The notes beneath the pieces were generated by a model. That model was not told the DNA's origin. It searched no databases and saw nothing but the letters and a program-made list of their open reading frames with translations. From Stegostoma tigrinum (lineage: Eukaryota): a stretch of 64,000 bases of DNA. A program made the position numbers and the translations under genes. Positions 1-12,974 of this stretch are shown here, one piece after another. The stretch is taken from contig NC_081356.1 in NCBI RefSeq assembly GCF_030684315.1, positions 16,641,197 through 16,705,196 of the forward strand, in the 5' to 3' direction. Each line of letters begins with the position of its first letter. Positions within the stretch are counted from its first letter, which is position 1.

Positions 1-1157
1 AATGCACCTGACAGGCATTTTAAAGCTAGATTTTGATTATGCATTGACATTGAGTGAGTGATTTACAGATTTTGCTTTTTTAAAAAAGGAAACAATCTTG
101 TTCAAACAGGAGTCCCTGTGTTCCACTATTCTTGACCTCATCTGTAGCTTTTTTTAATGAATGCAACAGTTTTTCTTATTGACTCTCTTCTTGCTCATCT
201 ATTCAGTATCTGGCATCAAAGTGGGAATAAACAATAACTGTCTGTAGCACAGCTTCAACAAAAGTGGGCCTATTCTTTCCAACTCTCTAGAAACATTGCA
301 TCTTTCTATAGTAGTCTATTTGGTCTTTGCTCCTTACTTCATTTCCATAACATGACTCAATTACAATTCTCTTAGCTGAGTTTCAAATCTTACTGTTTTG
401 TAACACTATGAACCAAGGTAGGATGATTTTTTTTTTCCTCCTTACCACACTTCTGTTTTTGTCAAAGAAGGTTGTTTCCAATAGCTGACAGTACCTCCCT
501 TGAACTAAAAGCTGCACATTGTGTGTAGCTCAAACAGGATGGGGTGTTTATAGGCTTAACTATGACCTCTTTTATTACACTTGCTACATTGTACAGTGTG
601 TGGTGTTAAATATCACATTCTAAAATGAATAATGGAATTTATTTATGATAAATAATTATACAGACACAAACATACAGCAAAATGATGTGAATTCTTCTAA
701 ATCAGATTACATTATAAACATTAGAAGTGGATAATATTATAATCCACTGCTGTCTGTACAATTTTAGCAACTAGTGATTACACTCATCATTTCTAAATTG
801 ACATTATAGAACAATGGGAAAGAACAGTGAATTCATCATATTCACAACAGAGCTGAAAAGATACCTATTCTAAATATCTCTCTATCCCTCATTTATCTAA
901 TTTCTCTTTCACTTTAAATGAAAGACTGAATGGCTTATTGTTATGTATATCTAAGGGACAGTGAAGTGTGAGATACAAAAGAATAAAAAGAGAAAGCAGT
1001 TAAATAGAATTCATCTTCATCAGCCACGGTCCTAAACAGGGTTTCGGGACTTAAGCAAAGTCCCTGCTCCAGGCCTACCACGGCAAGGAGTCCCCAGTCA
1101 GCCTCTGGAGACATCAGCTCCAGTAATGGCAATGTTTTCAGCTTTCTCACTTGATGA

Positions 1158-1185
1158 TTATTATTATTATTATTATTATTATTAT
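1158..1185. repeat. (TTA)n microsatellite
   Basis: About nine consecutive TTA units; explains the poly-Tyr in ORF 1126..1344. Confidence 0.9.
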
Positions 1186-1369
1186 CATCAGAAACCTATT
1201 ATTTTACAAAATAACCTGTGGAAGAATATATTAAAGGGACAACTTGTGCTCTCAACAAGAATCTGGGATTTACAGGATCGTGATTTAATAGTCTGCAAAC
1301 GTTTGACTTCCAATCGCTACAAGAAGCACAAGGACACAAGATGATTCCTCAGCTACACTGTCACAGATT

Positions 1370-1423
1370 CTCACGGTTCCCCTCCCCTTCGTCCTCACGG
1401 TTCCCCTCCCCTTCGTCCTCACG
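1370..1423. repeat. Short tandem duplication, ~25-bp unit x2
   Basis: ctcacggttcccctccccttcgtc occurs twice back to back, followed by ctcacg. Confidence 0.85.
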
Positions 1424-3329
1424 TGAACTTCAGAGATTGTAACAGTCTATACTACACTCAGTGCATTTAAAGTTAAATTTTGTTTCCAATGTCATCCAAT
1501 GGTTTATTCCATAATACTTTGTGCCCTTCACAAGGGTTGTTTTTGCTTGCTGTTCAAATAGCTTACAATTTCCCTTTAATATCCTTAGAAAAGACATATT
1601 CACTCATTGAACTTTGCTTGTTGACTGAAAACAACATTTAACCATGAATTCACTTACCCAAGCATATCTCAAATTCCATTACTCTTACCTTGTCTAACAT
1701 ATTGCATTACCATTAGCCACAGAGCAGTTTTATAATTATACTCAATGACTGTTAATTAACTTTGTCAACTCCAGATTTCCATTAGGTTCTCATGTAAATT
1801 CATTACTTTTGTTCATTAAAAAAAATCACGTTGCATTTTTCAGGATTTGAGCATTTTCAAGCATTTGCCAGCTTCCTAAAGTCCATTGCATATCAGCGAT
1901 GGATGGCATATAAATGCTTTGTCCTTGATAATGTAAATCTCATTGCTTTCATTGAATTATTTATCATTAATGGATTTTTAAACAATTTTAGTCTGCAGGT
2001 ATCACTAGCAAAGGCTGGTATCATCCATTTCTAGTATCTCTCTAGAAGGGCATGAGTAGTCAATAACCTCAGTAATCCTTTATTTGTGATGAAGACATTC
2101 CTGGAGCATTGGTGTATATGCTCCTCAGTTTTTTTTTGTTTGTCCCAGCAACAATAAAAGGGCAATTTTGTCCAAATTGGGATGTTGTGTAACATGTTCC
2201 CATGTAATTGTTGCCCTTATTCTCCTGGGTGTTGGAAGTACCAGGTTAAGGAGATACTGCTGAAGAAACATTGATGATGGAGGTGGAGGAGGAGAGAGCG
2301 CACGCGCACACACAAAAGTCAGAACTGAATCACTTCCAGCTATGTTAGTAAAACCTCTAAAAACTGAAAATATAATTACAAATTTTCAACACGCCTGATG
2401 AATTTTATTGAGTTATTTGGAGAAGTAACGGAAGGTGTAATTGAGGTTAATGCAGAAGGTGAAATGTAATAGGTTTTTTTGAAAAGACTAATAATGTACA
2501 GTAAACTCATCAATACAATCAGAACATGCAAAGTCAGGAAATGAGATACATATGGATAACTAGCTGACTATGAACCAGAAAATAGAGTCAGGCTTCAGGG
2601 CAGATTCAGAATAGCTAAAGATGTGAACTCATGTTCTATAAGTTTTGCCACATGAATTACTGATGTGGACTAGGAAATTAGAAGTAAAATATTAAAATTT
2701 TATGATGCCAGTTAATCATGGGATATAATCAATAATGAGGAGAACTGTAACAGATTTTGGTGCAACATTGATTGACCTGAAGATTTGGTGTGTAATTGGC
2801 AAATTGTTTTCAAGACAGAACATGACAGACTTTACACTGGTTGCAAATTATATAAGAGATACAGAGACCTCAAGAGGCACAGAAAAGATATGGAAGATAC
2901 CAGTCTGTAGGAACTTATACTTATCAGTAAGCACTTAACAAGCCAGTTCTGTCTTCAGCAAAGACTGAGAGATGATCTGATAGAAAGTCTTTAAGAATAT
3001 GACAGTTCCATAAAGTGTAGGAACAATGATTTTTACTTGTGTATAAATTGAAAGCTGGGGCAGGAGCTGCTGACTAATACCATAACTCCAGCAATAGGTT
3101 CAAGAGGACCATTTCATTTTTTCTTAAACAAAGTGGTTAGAATGTGAAAGTTCTTTTTCCAAGTTTGGGATTTAGTACCAATGTTTCTTTTTCAGGGAAA
3201 GTTCAGACAAATAATAATTAGAAAGGAATTATATTCTGATGGAGATGGAGGAACTTCTTTATCTGAAAGGTGGAACAGTTGGTCTAAAGGATCTGTTTTG
3301 TGTCAATTTTAATTCCTAATTTAATTCCC

Positions 3330-3955
3330 TGCTATAGGAAGGATGTTGTGAAACTTGAAAGCGTTCAAAAAAGATTTACATGGATGTTGACAGGGTTGGA
3401 CGGTTTGAGATACAGGGAGAGGCTGACTAGGTTAGGGCTATTTTCCCTGGAGCTAGGTTAGGGCTATTTTCCCTGGAGCATCAAAGACTGAGGGCTGACC
3501 TTATAGAAGTTTATAAAATCATGAGGGGTGTGGATAGGATGAATGACCAGTTCTTATACCCAGGGCAGGGGAGTCCAAAATGAGAAGCAGAGATAACAAG
3601 GTGTGGAGCTGGATGAACATAGCAAGCCAAGCAGCATCTTAGAAGCACAAAAGTTGATGTTTCGGGCCTAGACCCTCTCCCCAAAACAAGAAGCCACAGG
3701 TTTAAGGTGAGAGGGAAAATATTTAAAAGGGAGCTAAGGGACAACCTTTTCATGCAGAGGGTGGTGTGTGTCTGTGGAACGAGCTGCCAGAGGAAGTGGT
3801 GGAGGCTGGTACAATTACAACATTTAAAAGTCATATGGGTATATGAATAAGAATGGTTTAAGGGGATATGGGCCAAATGCTGGCACGTGGGAATATATTA
3901 CATGACCGAGTTGAGCCGTAAGTTCTGTTTCCTTGCTGTACATCTCTATGACTCT
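3330..3955 (+). mobile_element. CR1 LINE 3' fragment, interrupted by a short Penelope-like terminal-repeat piece (~3590-3680)
   Basis: Degenerate CR1 ORF2 end (LE.VQ.RFT.M, GDL.EVYKIMRG) plus 3' UTR; similar to the copies at 34640, 42555 and 48290. Confidence 0.8.
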
Positions 3956-3988
3956 TTGTTAAACCATAAAGGATTGAACCTGGTCCAT

Positions 3989-4687
3989 CTACAAGTCGGC
4001 ATCCCAAGGAGCTGGAGTGGATCGGCTGGACACTGGTAAGTCTATCACTGTGACTGGGTTGGTAATGCCAGTGGGGTATCTGCTGGCGGGGTATGCTGGG
4101 CTCTTCGGGTAGTAAGTTTTGTTCGCCGGGCTCTTCATTTCCGCCAACATGCCGAAACTAAACAGCAGACTGATGCCTCCAATGACGATCACGCTACCGC
4201 CAACGAAGCCGAGGACTACGGCGTAGCCAACATTGAGGTCAGTGCCGCCCACCGTGTTGGGGATCTGCCGGAGACGGTTTGTGTACCAGGAGACCGGAAT
4301 CAGGGTCAAGATCCCTCCGATCAAAAGGATGATCCCTCCGACCCCTGCCACCTTGTAGCTGGGGATATCGGCCCAGCAGCGGACCCCGAAAGTGGAGACC
4401 AGGATCCCAGCTGCAGACACCACCAACGAGGCGATCATAAGACCTCGGGCGATGGCCAGCACCTGGTCGTTGAAGTAGGCATCGTCGGCGAGCCCGCAGG
4501 TCAGCTCCCGCACGGACTGCTTGTCCTGACAGATCTCCCAAAGCCCCTGGTGGTGTACCTCGTCCCGAGCCCCGTTGGGAATCCCGGAAACGTCCCTCCA
4601 GGCGGGGGCAACCAGGCAGGTAACAATCAGCACATAGCCAGAAGGGGCTAACACAAGCCCCAAGATCATCACCGCTGGGGTCCGCAT
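3989..4687 (-). CDS. CLDN23: Claudin-23 (single coding exon, 232 aa)
   Basis: Four hydrophobic segments; claudin ECL1 signature W..GLW..C..C (AWRD...HQGLWEICQDKQSVRELTC); N-terminus MRTPAVMILG and C-terminus PWDADL resemble CLDN23; CpG-rich intronless ORF. Confidence 0.9.
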   Translation of the reverse strand: MRTPAVMILGLVLAPSGYVLIVTCLVAPAWRDVSGIPNGARDEVHHQGLWEICQDKQSVRELTCGLADDAYFNDQVLAIARGLMIASLVVSAAGILVSTFGVRCWADIPSYKVAGVGGIILLIGGILTLIPVSWYTNRLRQIPNTVGGTDLNVGYAVVLGFVGGSVIVIGGISLLFSFGMLAEMKSPANKTYYPKSPAYPASRYPTGITNPVTVIDLPVSSRSTPAPWDADL

Positions 4688-4739
4688 CTTGTGGCAGTCA
4701 CTGTAGGACTAGTCAGCAGGAGCTGCTCACTCGTGGCTC

Positions 4740-4870
4740 AGCAAACGGGACGCATTTTAACTCTCAGGTTACACAGAAACCAGAAAGACTGGTTTCAAAC
4801 TTTTCAACCAGACTGAATAGTGAGCTCATTCCACCCTTTCACACGCGCCCACGAAGCTCCGGGCGATTGA
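4740..4870 (-). promoter_or_regulatory. Putative CLDN23 proximal promoter (TATA-like TTAAAA, Grainyhead-like AACCAG motifs, KLF/Sp-like CCACCC)
   Basis: Immediately 5' of the ATG on the minus strand; aaccagaa, gactggttt and aaccagact cluster at 4778-4815. Motif inspection only. Confidence 0.35.
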
Positions 4871-4954
4871 AATGACACCATGCCAATTAAAGCAACGCGT
4901 GTTTAAAAATTTACAAACAAGTTTGGAAATTACTTTTGGGGGTGGGTTAATGAA

Positions 4955-5250
4955 AAATCAGCAGGGTCTGGCAGCATCTCTGGAGAGAAATCAGAGTTCA
5001 TGTCTGGGGTCCAGTGACCCTTCCTTAGAACAGCTGAGCTTTTTCTAACAAGTTCTGGGTTTGTTTTTTGTTTCTGATTTACAATATCCACAATTCTTTC
5101 GGTTGTTACAATGTGTTTCTGAAAAAAATGTTAACAGAAATGGCTGAGTTCTGAGGAAGGGTCACTGGACCCGAAACTCTCTGATTTTCTCTCCACAGCA
5201 GCTGCCAGACCTGCTGAGCTTTTTTCCCAGCAATTTCCTAGTCTTGTTTG
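4955..5250. mobile_element. Penelope-like terminal-repeat fragments in both orientations, with a hammerhead-like core at 5151-5177
   Basis: cagcagggtctggcagcatc (one orientation) and gctgccagacctgctgagc (the other); CTGAGGA-agggtcactggaccc-GAAAC. Confidence 0.7.
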
Positions 5251-5279
5251 TGAACAGCAAAAATGCTGCGTAGGTGGAC

Positions 5280-6125
5280 AAGGTGTAGTAGAGCTGGATG
5301 AACACAGCAGGCCAAGAAGTATCATACTTTGTTATCTCGGATTCTCCAGCATCTGCAGTTCCTACTATCTCTGGGCAGGAGGATTGTTGATTCATTCTGT
5401 TTTTCCTTTCTCCACAGAGGAGTTTCTCCCCTCCCCATTTCTGAAGAAGGTTCTTGGGAACCCTGCAGCCCAATGGTATCAATGTGGACTTCAGCTTCAA
5501 AATCTCCCCTTCCCCCACCGCATCCCAAAACCAGCCCAGTTCGTCCCCTCCCCCCCACTGCACCACACAACCAGCCCAGCTCTTCCCCTCCACCCACTGC
5601 ATCCCAAAACCAGTCCAACCTGTCTCTGCCTCCCTAACCTGTTCTTCCTCTCACCCATTCCTTCCTCCCACTCCAAGCCGCACCTCCATTTCCTACCTAC
5701 TAACCTCATCCCACCTCCTTGACCTGTCCGTCTTCCCTGGACTGACCTATCCCCTCCCTACCTCCCCACCTCTACTCTCCTCTCCACCTATCTTCTTTTC
5801 TCTCCATCTTTGGTCCGCCTCCCCCCTCTCCCTATTTATTCCAGAACCCTCACCCCATTCCCCCTCTCTGATGAAGAGTCTAGGCCCGAAACGTCAGCTT
5901 TTGTGCTCCTGAGATGCTGCTTGGCCTGCTGTGTTCATCCAGCCTCACATTTTATTATCTAGGCCCGAAACGTCAGCTTTCCTGCTGCTCTGATGCTGCT
6001 TGGCCTGCTGTGTTCATCCAGCTCTGCACCTTGCTATCTCAGATTCTCCAGCATCTGCAGTTCCTAGTATTTCTTTTTCCACAACACTGTTTTGTTTAAG
6101 ATCTTCTGCATCTGCGGTTCTTTGT
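5280..6125 (+). mobile_element. Penelope-like element 3' end/pseudo-LTR with partial tandem repeat
   Basis: 5455-5960 is nearly identical to 49755-50261; C/T-rich tract and CTGATGA..GAAACGTC at 5868-5895; the terminal repeat recurs at 5960-6065. Confidence 0.85.
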
Positions 6126-6159
6126 TTTTTTAAAAGAATGTTTAAAAATATGCGAGTAA

Positions 6160-6560
6160 TGAGAGGCGGGGAAAACTTGTTTGTTTGCTTTCCTTGAGAG
6201 GGCGGAGCGCAGATCGAACCCAAATTGTGTTGCGGACAAAAAAAACGAATGCAGTGCAAGGTCCCGGTTAAACAGGTTCCTGCTCGAGTTTCGACCAACT
6301 CTGGCCCTTATGTCATCAACCTCATTCCTACATTATAGGTATATGCAGAGGAATGAGAAATATTGCATCAACTAGTTCGACCAATGCGTGTTTTTTTTCT
6401 TTAGCTGAGAAGATTTCAGAACGCAGAATATAAATCGCTTGTTGGGTTTTAGGCGGTAAATGTTAGAAAATAGCTGCCCGGTCGCACCTGAGATAGAAAG
6501 AGCATTAACCTTGCTGTAGTCTGAACTTGTAGCAGTATTTAAATCGACAGGCAAATAGAG
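6160..6560. promoter_or_regulatory. CpG-enriched putative promoter/enhancer (GC boxes, Grainyhead-like site)
   Basis: GGCGGG at ~6165, GGGCGG at ~6200, cccggttaaacaggtt at ~6263-6278; many CpGs in a CpG-poor background; not a recognisable repeat. Confidence 0.4.
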
Positions 6561-7124
6561 TAGGGTCTGACCTTGGACGGAAGCAAATTGTTTTAGTTAA
6601 TAAAATGTGAGGCTGGATGAACACAGCAGGCCCAGCAGCATCTCAGGAGCAGTAATTGTTTTAATTATTGTTTAAAAACTATTCGACCTGTAACTGCTTC
6701 CAGTTCTGCTAAAAGGTCACCTGTTTGACTTTTTACGTTTCAGACGTGTTGCCTATTTGCAGCGGCTGTTTAAAAATATTTATTCCCGATTTATTCCTAC
6801 TTTTCTGCAGAATTTTGGAGTAATTGGTAAAAGGGATAATAGCCCAATTTAAAATAAAAGGAACCAAAGCAGAAATTGCTGGAGGAACGAGGCAGCAAAA
6901 CTCCGCAGCGCAGAAAGATATCGGCATCTGGGGAGGGTGAGCAGACTTTGGTTTCAAGTCCACTGACTCTTCTTCAAAGATAAGCTGTGGGGTTATTGGT
7001 CCCTTGAGTCTATTCAGTTTATTCAGTTGTCTGGTTTGTATCTTAACTCCTTTAACTGCTTTGGCTCCATATCCCTTAATGACCTCACCTGACAAATATC
7101 TGTCCATGATAACAAAGTAACAAA

Positions 7125-7750
7125 GGAGCATCTCAGGAGCACAAAAGCTGACGTTTCAGGCCTAGACCCTTCATCAGGGAGGGGGATGGGGGGAGGGTTC
7201 TGAAATAAATAGGGGGAGAGGGGGAGGCGGACCGAAGATGGATAGAGGAGAAGATAGGTTTAGAGGAGAGGTAGGTAGTGATGGAGGAAGGAGATAGGTC
7301 AGTCCAGGGAGGATGGACAGGTCAAGGGGGCAGGATGCGGTTGGTGGAAATGGAGGTGCGGCTTGAGGTGGGAGAAGGGGATAGGTGAGTGGAAGAACAG
7401 GTTAGGGAGGCTGGGATGACCTGGGCTGGTTTTGGGATGCAGTGGGGGGAGGGGAAATTTTGAAGCTTGTGAAGTCCACATTGATACCATTGGGTGCAGG
7501 GTTCCCAAGTGGAATATGAGTTGCTGTTCCTGCAACCTTCGGGTGGCACCATTGTGGCACTACAGGAGGCCCAGGATGGACATGTCATTTAAGGAATGGG
7601 AAGGGGGAGTTGAAATGGTTCACGACTGGGAGGTGCAGTTGTTTATTGCGAACCGAGCGTAGGTGTTCTGCAAAACGGTCCCCAAGCCTCTGCTTGGTTT
7701 CCCCAATATAGAGGAAGCCACACCAGGTACAGTGGATACAGTATACCATT
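7125..7750 (-). mobile_element. Penelope-like element 3' fragment (GIY-YIG end plus pseudo-LTR with hammerhead core)
   Basis: ORF 7585..7782 encodes VYCIHCTWCGFLYIGETKQRLGDRFAEH; minus strand reads CTGATGA-agggtctaggcct-GAAACGTC at 7150-7177. Confidence 0.85.
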
Positions 7751-7799
7751 TTAACTCCCAGAACCATTTTAACTTCCACCAACTAACGTATAATATCTT

Positions 7800-8070
7800 G
7801 GCTATTTCATTGACTGAAGTAGTTTTAAGAAAGCAAAAGCACTGAATTAAGATTCTGTTACTTTGTTCACTGTTAGGGTTAAATAAATAAATTGTTACTT
7901 GTTACTCACAAAATGAATATTAGGGATTTTCTTTCATTTAACCTTCCCTTCTCTGTAATAGTTTAACAGATTAGATGATGTGAGATTAACTTCTCTGGGT
8001 GTTTTGAGTTTAATTTATTAGAAGGGAACCTCTACTCCCACCATTACAGACTGGGGGCTTGTGTTTCGAT
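7800..8070 (+). mobile_element. Possible LTR 3' end followed by a tRNA-Pro-like primer binding site
   Basis: AATAAA-containing segment ending ...cattaca, then TGGGGGCTTGT at 8052, resembling PBS-Pro TGGGGGCTCGT. Confidence 0.35.
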
Positions 8071-8194
8071 TTTAATTATCAGAGGAATTTGATATCCCCC
8101 TCCTAACAGTTGGCCAGACAAAAGAATGTATAACGATCAGCCTCGGAGAATGAATGGCCAGTTCTGAGGACAATCAGTGGCTAACAATGGGTTA

Positions 8195-8432
8195 TACGTA
8201 GTAGAGGACTATGTGATATCAAGTTGTGTGGGGTTCGGGGTAAGGGCATGGGAGAATGTGCCCTTAGTCCTAAAATTGTTGAACTTGTTATTGAGTTCAG
8301 AAGGCTGTAGAGTTCCCAAGTGGAAAATGAGGTGCTGTTCTTCCAGCTTTTGCTGAACTTCGCTGAAGCACCGCAGTAAGCCTGAGACAGAGATTTTGGC
8401 CAGGGAACATGGCAGTGTGTTGAAGTGGCAAC
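8195..8432 (-). mobile_element. Older Penelope-like GIY-YIG C-terminal fragment
   Basis: Minus strand encodes LEEQHLIFHLGTLQP-like sequence, homologous to 49730-49770. Confidence 0.6.
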
Positions 8433-10149
8433 ACCTCAGCGCACCATCATGACAAAGAAGGCTCAGTCTGAACTAAAATTAGCTTGCCATCCAAGTCATT
8501 AAAATCAATCACTCAGATCTGTATCTTTAGTTTGAATTACACCTTTCTGAACATTTCACATTGGGATGAAAGTTATCTCTAAACTATCCAGTTTTGAAAA
8601 AAAAAGCAATGAAGCCAGGCATTGGGAATAATGAAGCAACAGTATTTCAAGCAACTGTTTAGGGGCAGAGCAAGGAGAGGAAAGTTGTATTTATAACAAC
8701 ATAACAGAGAAGATCACCTCTCACAGTGATTTTTCTGTCATCCTCTCAGAAGACAACAGAGAAGCACCCATTCATCATGGATATAAAGATAAATACAAAT
8801 TTTGCTGCTGCTGAGGATACAAGTAATCAATTAGATAACCATGGTCTCATAGAGTCGTACAGCATGGAAACAGACCCCTCAGTCCAACTCGTCCGTGCCA
8901 ACGTGATATTCTAAGTTAATTTAGTCTCATTTGCCAGTATTTGGCCCATATCCCTCTTAAACCCTTCCTATTCATATACCCATCCAGATACCTTTTAAAA
9001 GTTTTAATGTTATGCCTAACAAGGATTTGAGGACATTTCAAACTGAAAGTTCATCCTCTTTCTAGTACTAGGTACCCTCCCCTTTTAAAACTTTATACAT
9101 GTGTTCTGTGTACATTTAATTTTTTAAATTATTATCTTTAAACTTCTTTATTTTTCTCAGGGTTAGTCGGTAATAACATTGCCTACTTTCGTTCAATAAA
9201 CCATGTAATTGGTTCCTCAATTTTAATGTTATAGAATTAGCCGAGATAAGATGTGGTTTTAGCTGAAGCATAATATAACTACATGCTAAAAATAATTTAA
9301 ATTTTTGAGGTGGCCAACCAATGGTGTTAAGAAGAGAAGAACGAAATCACCCCTCCTCACCTGATCATAACAACCTCTTCTTCCTCCATTTCAGCAATCT
9401 CATCAAAAAATTCAAATAAATCTGTCAGTCCTTACTCAAATCGAAGTTTGGAAAGAATCTATGCTGGCTTTTTGTGATCAATTAAATTTGTAGCACTTTG
9501 AATGATGAGGGTGCTCCAGGGAAACTAATGAAATGAAACGTGATCCCAAAGCAAAGGTGTACACATTAGCACTGCTGACTTAAAGCACTATTACAATGGT
9601 GAGTTTTAAAGAGAGTCTTAAATACTTGAAACAGTGTATGGCAGGGAGGGGATTTCTTAACATTACCCCTAAATTGCTGAAAGCAATAATTCCAAGGGTG
9701 GGAGAAAATGAGTGAAGTGCATACAAGAAGCCAGAGTTTGATGAAATAAGGGCTTGTATAACTGAAGAAGATTATGTAGATAGGGTGAAGCTTTGGAGGA
9801 TCTGAATATGAATGATGAAAATTTTACACTTGAGACTTTCAAACAAAATGTAAGCACTGGGTTTTAGATATCCTACTAAACACCCATGAAAGGATCAGGC
9901 AAATCATTAATTCCCTCACTTTTACTCCAAACTATGGAATTCTCTGAACTTTGCCACAAAGCTTAGGTCTAGGACTGAGTGATTCTTGAGTCAGCAAAAA
10001 GAAATTGTTGAACAAAACTTAGTTCAGATTGAATTGTGTTCTTTCCCAACTCCTGGCATATCCACAAATTCCTAAGTAAATGGATTAAACTTGTCCTCCC
10101 ATAGTATTAAAGGCATATCACACAACAGATTAGGAAAATAACTTTGATC

Positions 10150-11010
10150 ATACAAATGAGGAGCAGGTGTAGGCCATTCAGTCCAGCAACAGAAATTACA
10201 GGAGAAACTAAGCGGGTCTGGCTGATTCCCTGAAGAGAAAGCAGATGTTTCGATCAAATCACGTCTAAATTTACTAAACGCTGCAAGTATAAGCTGAGCT
10301 TGTCCAACATTTTTTCAGAAGACAACTTTCTCAATCTGGATTTTGGTCCTGGAAGCCCTGTCTGAACTGCCTCAAATGTATTTACATCCTTCTTCAAATA
10401 AGGTGACCAACACTGTCCACAGTACTCCAGATGTGTTCTCGCCAGTGCTCTGTGTAATTGAAGCACAACCTCCTTTCAGTTCAATTCCCTTCACTATAAT
10501 TGATAACACTCTATTTGTTTTCCTAATCAGTTGCAGTACCCACACACTAACCTTCTGCATTTCAGCACTCTACAATCTCTCAATAGTTGGATAATATGCT
10601 TCTTTTTCACTCTTTGGCCAAAAGGGACAATTTCATATTTTACACCTACTGTATTTATTTTTCCACATCTTTGCTCACTTATATAAACTATCTATACCTT
10701 TTTGTAACTTCCTTAAGTCCGCTTCATAACTTACTTTCCTAGTTTTCTTCTGCAAAATTAGCAAAACGTTCAGTCCCTTTTGTAAGCAATATTTTTCCTC
10801 ACACAAATTCCTGTAGCACTCCAGTCATTACATCTTGCCAACTTGAAATACAACTATTTGTACCTACTCTCTGCTTCCTGTTCTCCAGCTATGCCAGTAT
10901 GCTACCCCCTACACCATGAGCATTTATGATCCTCAATAACCTTTGATGTGGCACCTTATCAAATGCCTTCTGGAAACCTAAGTACAGGACATTCATCATT
11001 TCCATTTATC
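10150..11010 (-). mobile_element. Degenerate CR1 LINE ORF2 fragment
   Basis: LHRALARTHLEYCGQCWSPYLKKDV and LDFQKAFDKVPH-like motifs on the minus strand. Confidence 0.8.
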
Positions 11011-12289
11011 AATCTTCCTCCCACATAACTGTGAGTTGATGTAACATTTTAGCCTGTATTTTTCGACTGTCAGATAATCATTTCTGAAGTATAGATTGAG
11101 GTTGTGCATTGGGACCCTGCACAGCCCTAAACATAGCAGACTTAAAAGGAATTGCCTGGGAAATTGAAGATTCTGATGGGCAATTCTCCTATCCCTGGAA
11201 ATCTCTGAAAGTATCAATTTAAATCAGAGAATTTGAGGGGCCACTGCAGTTAAGTAAATAGCAGTGTAGGAAAAGTCAGGCTATTAAGAAACCTCTTCTC
11301 AACTCTGAGGAACTGTTCACCTGACTCCCCAGCTTACCTCACACATCCCCAACTACACTTCCTGCTGATTCCTTACACTTCCCAGATTGTGATCAACAAT
11401 CTCCTTAGATGTGACACACACTGCCACCACACCCAATAACCGATACTTCCCCCATTCACGTGGAACCTCACAGTGACCCCCTCCCAATGCCAGACACAAA
11501 ATCCCTCCCTCCCCCAGGACTTGAAACACACTTCACTCCATCTCATCACCAGATCAGGCATGCTGGCCTATGCTAAACTCTCCATCACTGATCTGCTCCT
11601 TTCCAACCTTGTGCCCTAGCACTCTACTCTCTATCATATAGCACCTACTTACCTGGTGCCCTTCCCTGCACTCATGTGGCACTCTATTCTTCTGGCACTG
11701 GCACCTGACCCTCACAACCTTCTCTTACGTACCTACCCTTTTACGGGAGCTATCAATCTGGACGTTGCTGTTGCTGGACATTGAAATCACAAAATCTGGT
11801 AACTGGCGCTACAAAAAACAGTACATATTTGACTTGCCCCAATTATCCTGCCCTACAAGTGATCTGCCAAATTTAAAATAGAGTATAGCTCTGCATTTCT
11901 GAAGGAGCTGTTTTCAGAATGTCCTGTCAGAATTGCAGCACTCTTTCTTCACATGAAAACTAGGAACAAAATGGCAACCTGAGTGTGACTTCCACTCTTG
12001 AGAAAGGAGATCCGGAACATTCACTCAGGGTTGGAAAGGATTTGAACATGAAGAATGCATGCATACAATTATGAGTGGAACAGGATAAAATCAGTAGTAT
12101 GGGTATATGGAGTTTGCAGCAGGAGTAGGAAAACAATGGCTTTGGTCCTCCCAATGTTATGTAAGATAAAGCTCATCCAAGGCAGTACACAGGCAGAAAA
12201 TCTGTCTCACAGACTTGGTAGAAGGGTAGAACAAGATCTCTTTAGAGTACGTGATCTCTGACATTCACGAAATGTCACAGCTGATGGTA

Positions 12290-12612
12290 AGGTCAGGAGT
12301 CACACACCGCCCAGGTTATGATCCAATAGGTTTGTTTGAAATCACAAGCTTTTGGAGCGCTGCCCCTTAGATGAAGTGAAGAAAAACACTCAAGCTTTTA
12401 TAGACAGATCAAAAGATCGTACAAAAGCATTTTGTACGATCTTTTGATCTCTCTACCTATAAATTCTGTGGCTCTTCACTTCTGTTTACTTCACCCAGTG
12501 AACGAGCAGCACGTCAAAAGCCTGTGATTTTAAATAAGCCTGTTGGACTATAACCTGCGGTGTGTGACTTCCGACCTTCTCCACCCCAGTCTAACATCAG
12601 CACCTCCACATC
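12290..12612. mobile_element. Fold-back element made of two inverted Penelope-like terminal repeats (different subfamily)
   Basis: gagtcacacacc..ccaggttat..ccaataggtttgtttgaaatcacaagcttttg is mirrored by caaaagcctgtgattttaaataagcctgttggactataacctg..ggtgtgtgacttc; central hairpin gatcaaaagatcgtacaaaa/ttttgtacgatcttttgatc at 12407-12449. Confidence 0.7.
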
Positions 12613-12974
12613 ACAGATGATAATATGTTGATGAACAAGTTTCAGGGAGTTAGGGACCACTAGGATAGATCCTTGAGGAAGCTCAGAAATAAGGTGCAGC
12701 ATGGACAGAAGCCCATATTACAAATTCTCTGGCTCAATCTGAATAGAAACCCATTGAGAGACAATCCCATCATTTTAAATCTTGTGAGAAAAGAGATGTT
12801 AATTTTGGAAGCAACAGTATCTTTAAGAAATTTGGAAAGGAAAGCAACCTCATTGTTACCTCTGGAGTCAATTATTCCAAAACTGGACAGTCTCATATTC
12901 TGTTTCCAGCATAAACTTTAGCTCTTTAAAAAGCCTTCTACCTCTCTGGAATGAGATACCAAATTTCTGGCTTC

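Noticed and set aside
1126-1344. ORF with a poly-Tyr run
   Set aside because: Translation of a (TTA)n microsatellite.
4239-4541. 100-aa ORF overlapping CLDN23 in another frame
   Set aside because: By-product of GC-rich coding sequence; no recognisable features.
5131-6298. Cluster of overlapping 60-150 aa ORFs
   Set aside because: All lie in Penelope-like C/T-rich terminal repeats and recur almost identically at 49495-50213.
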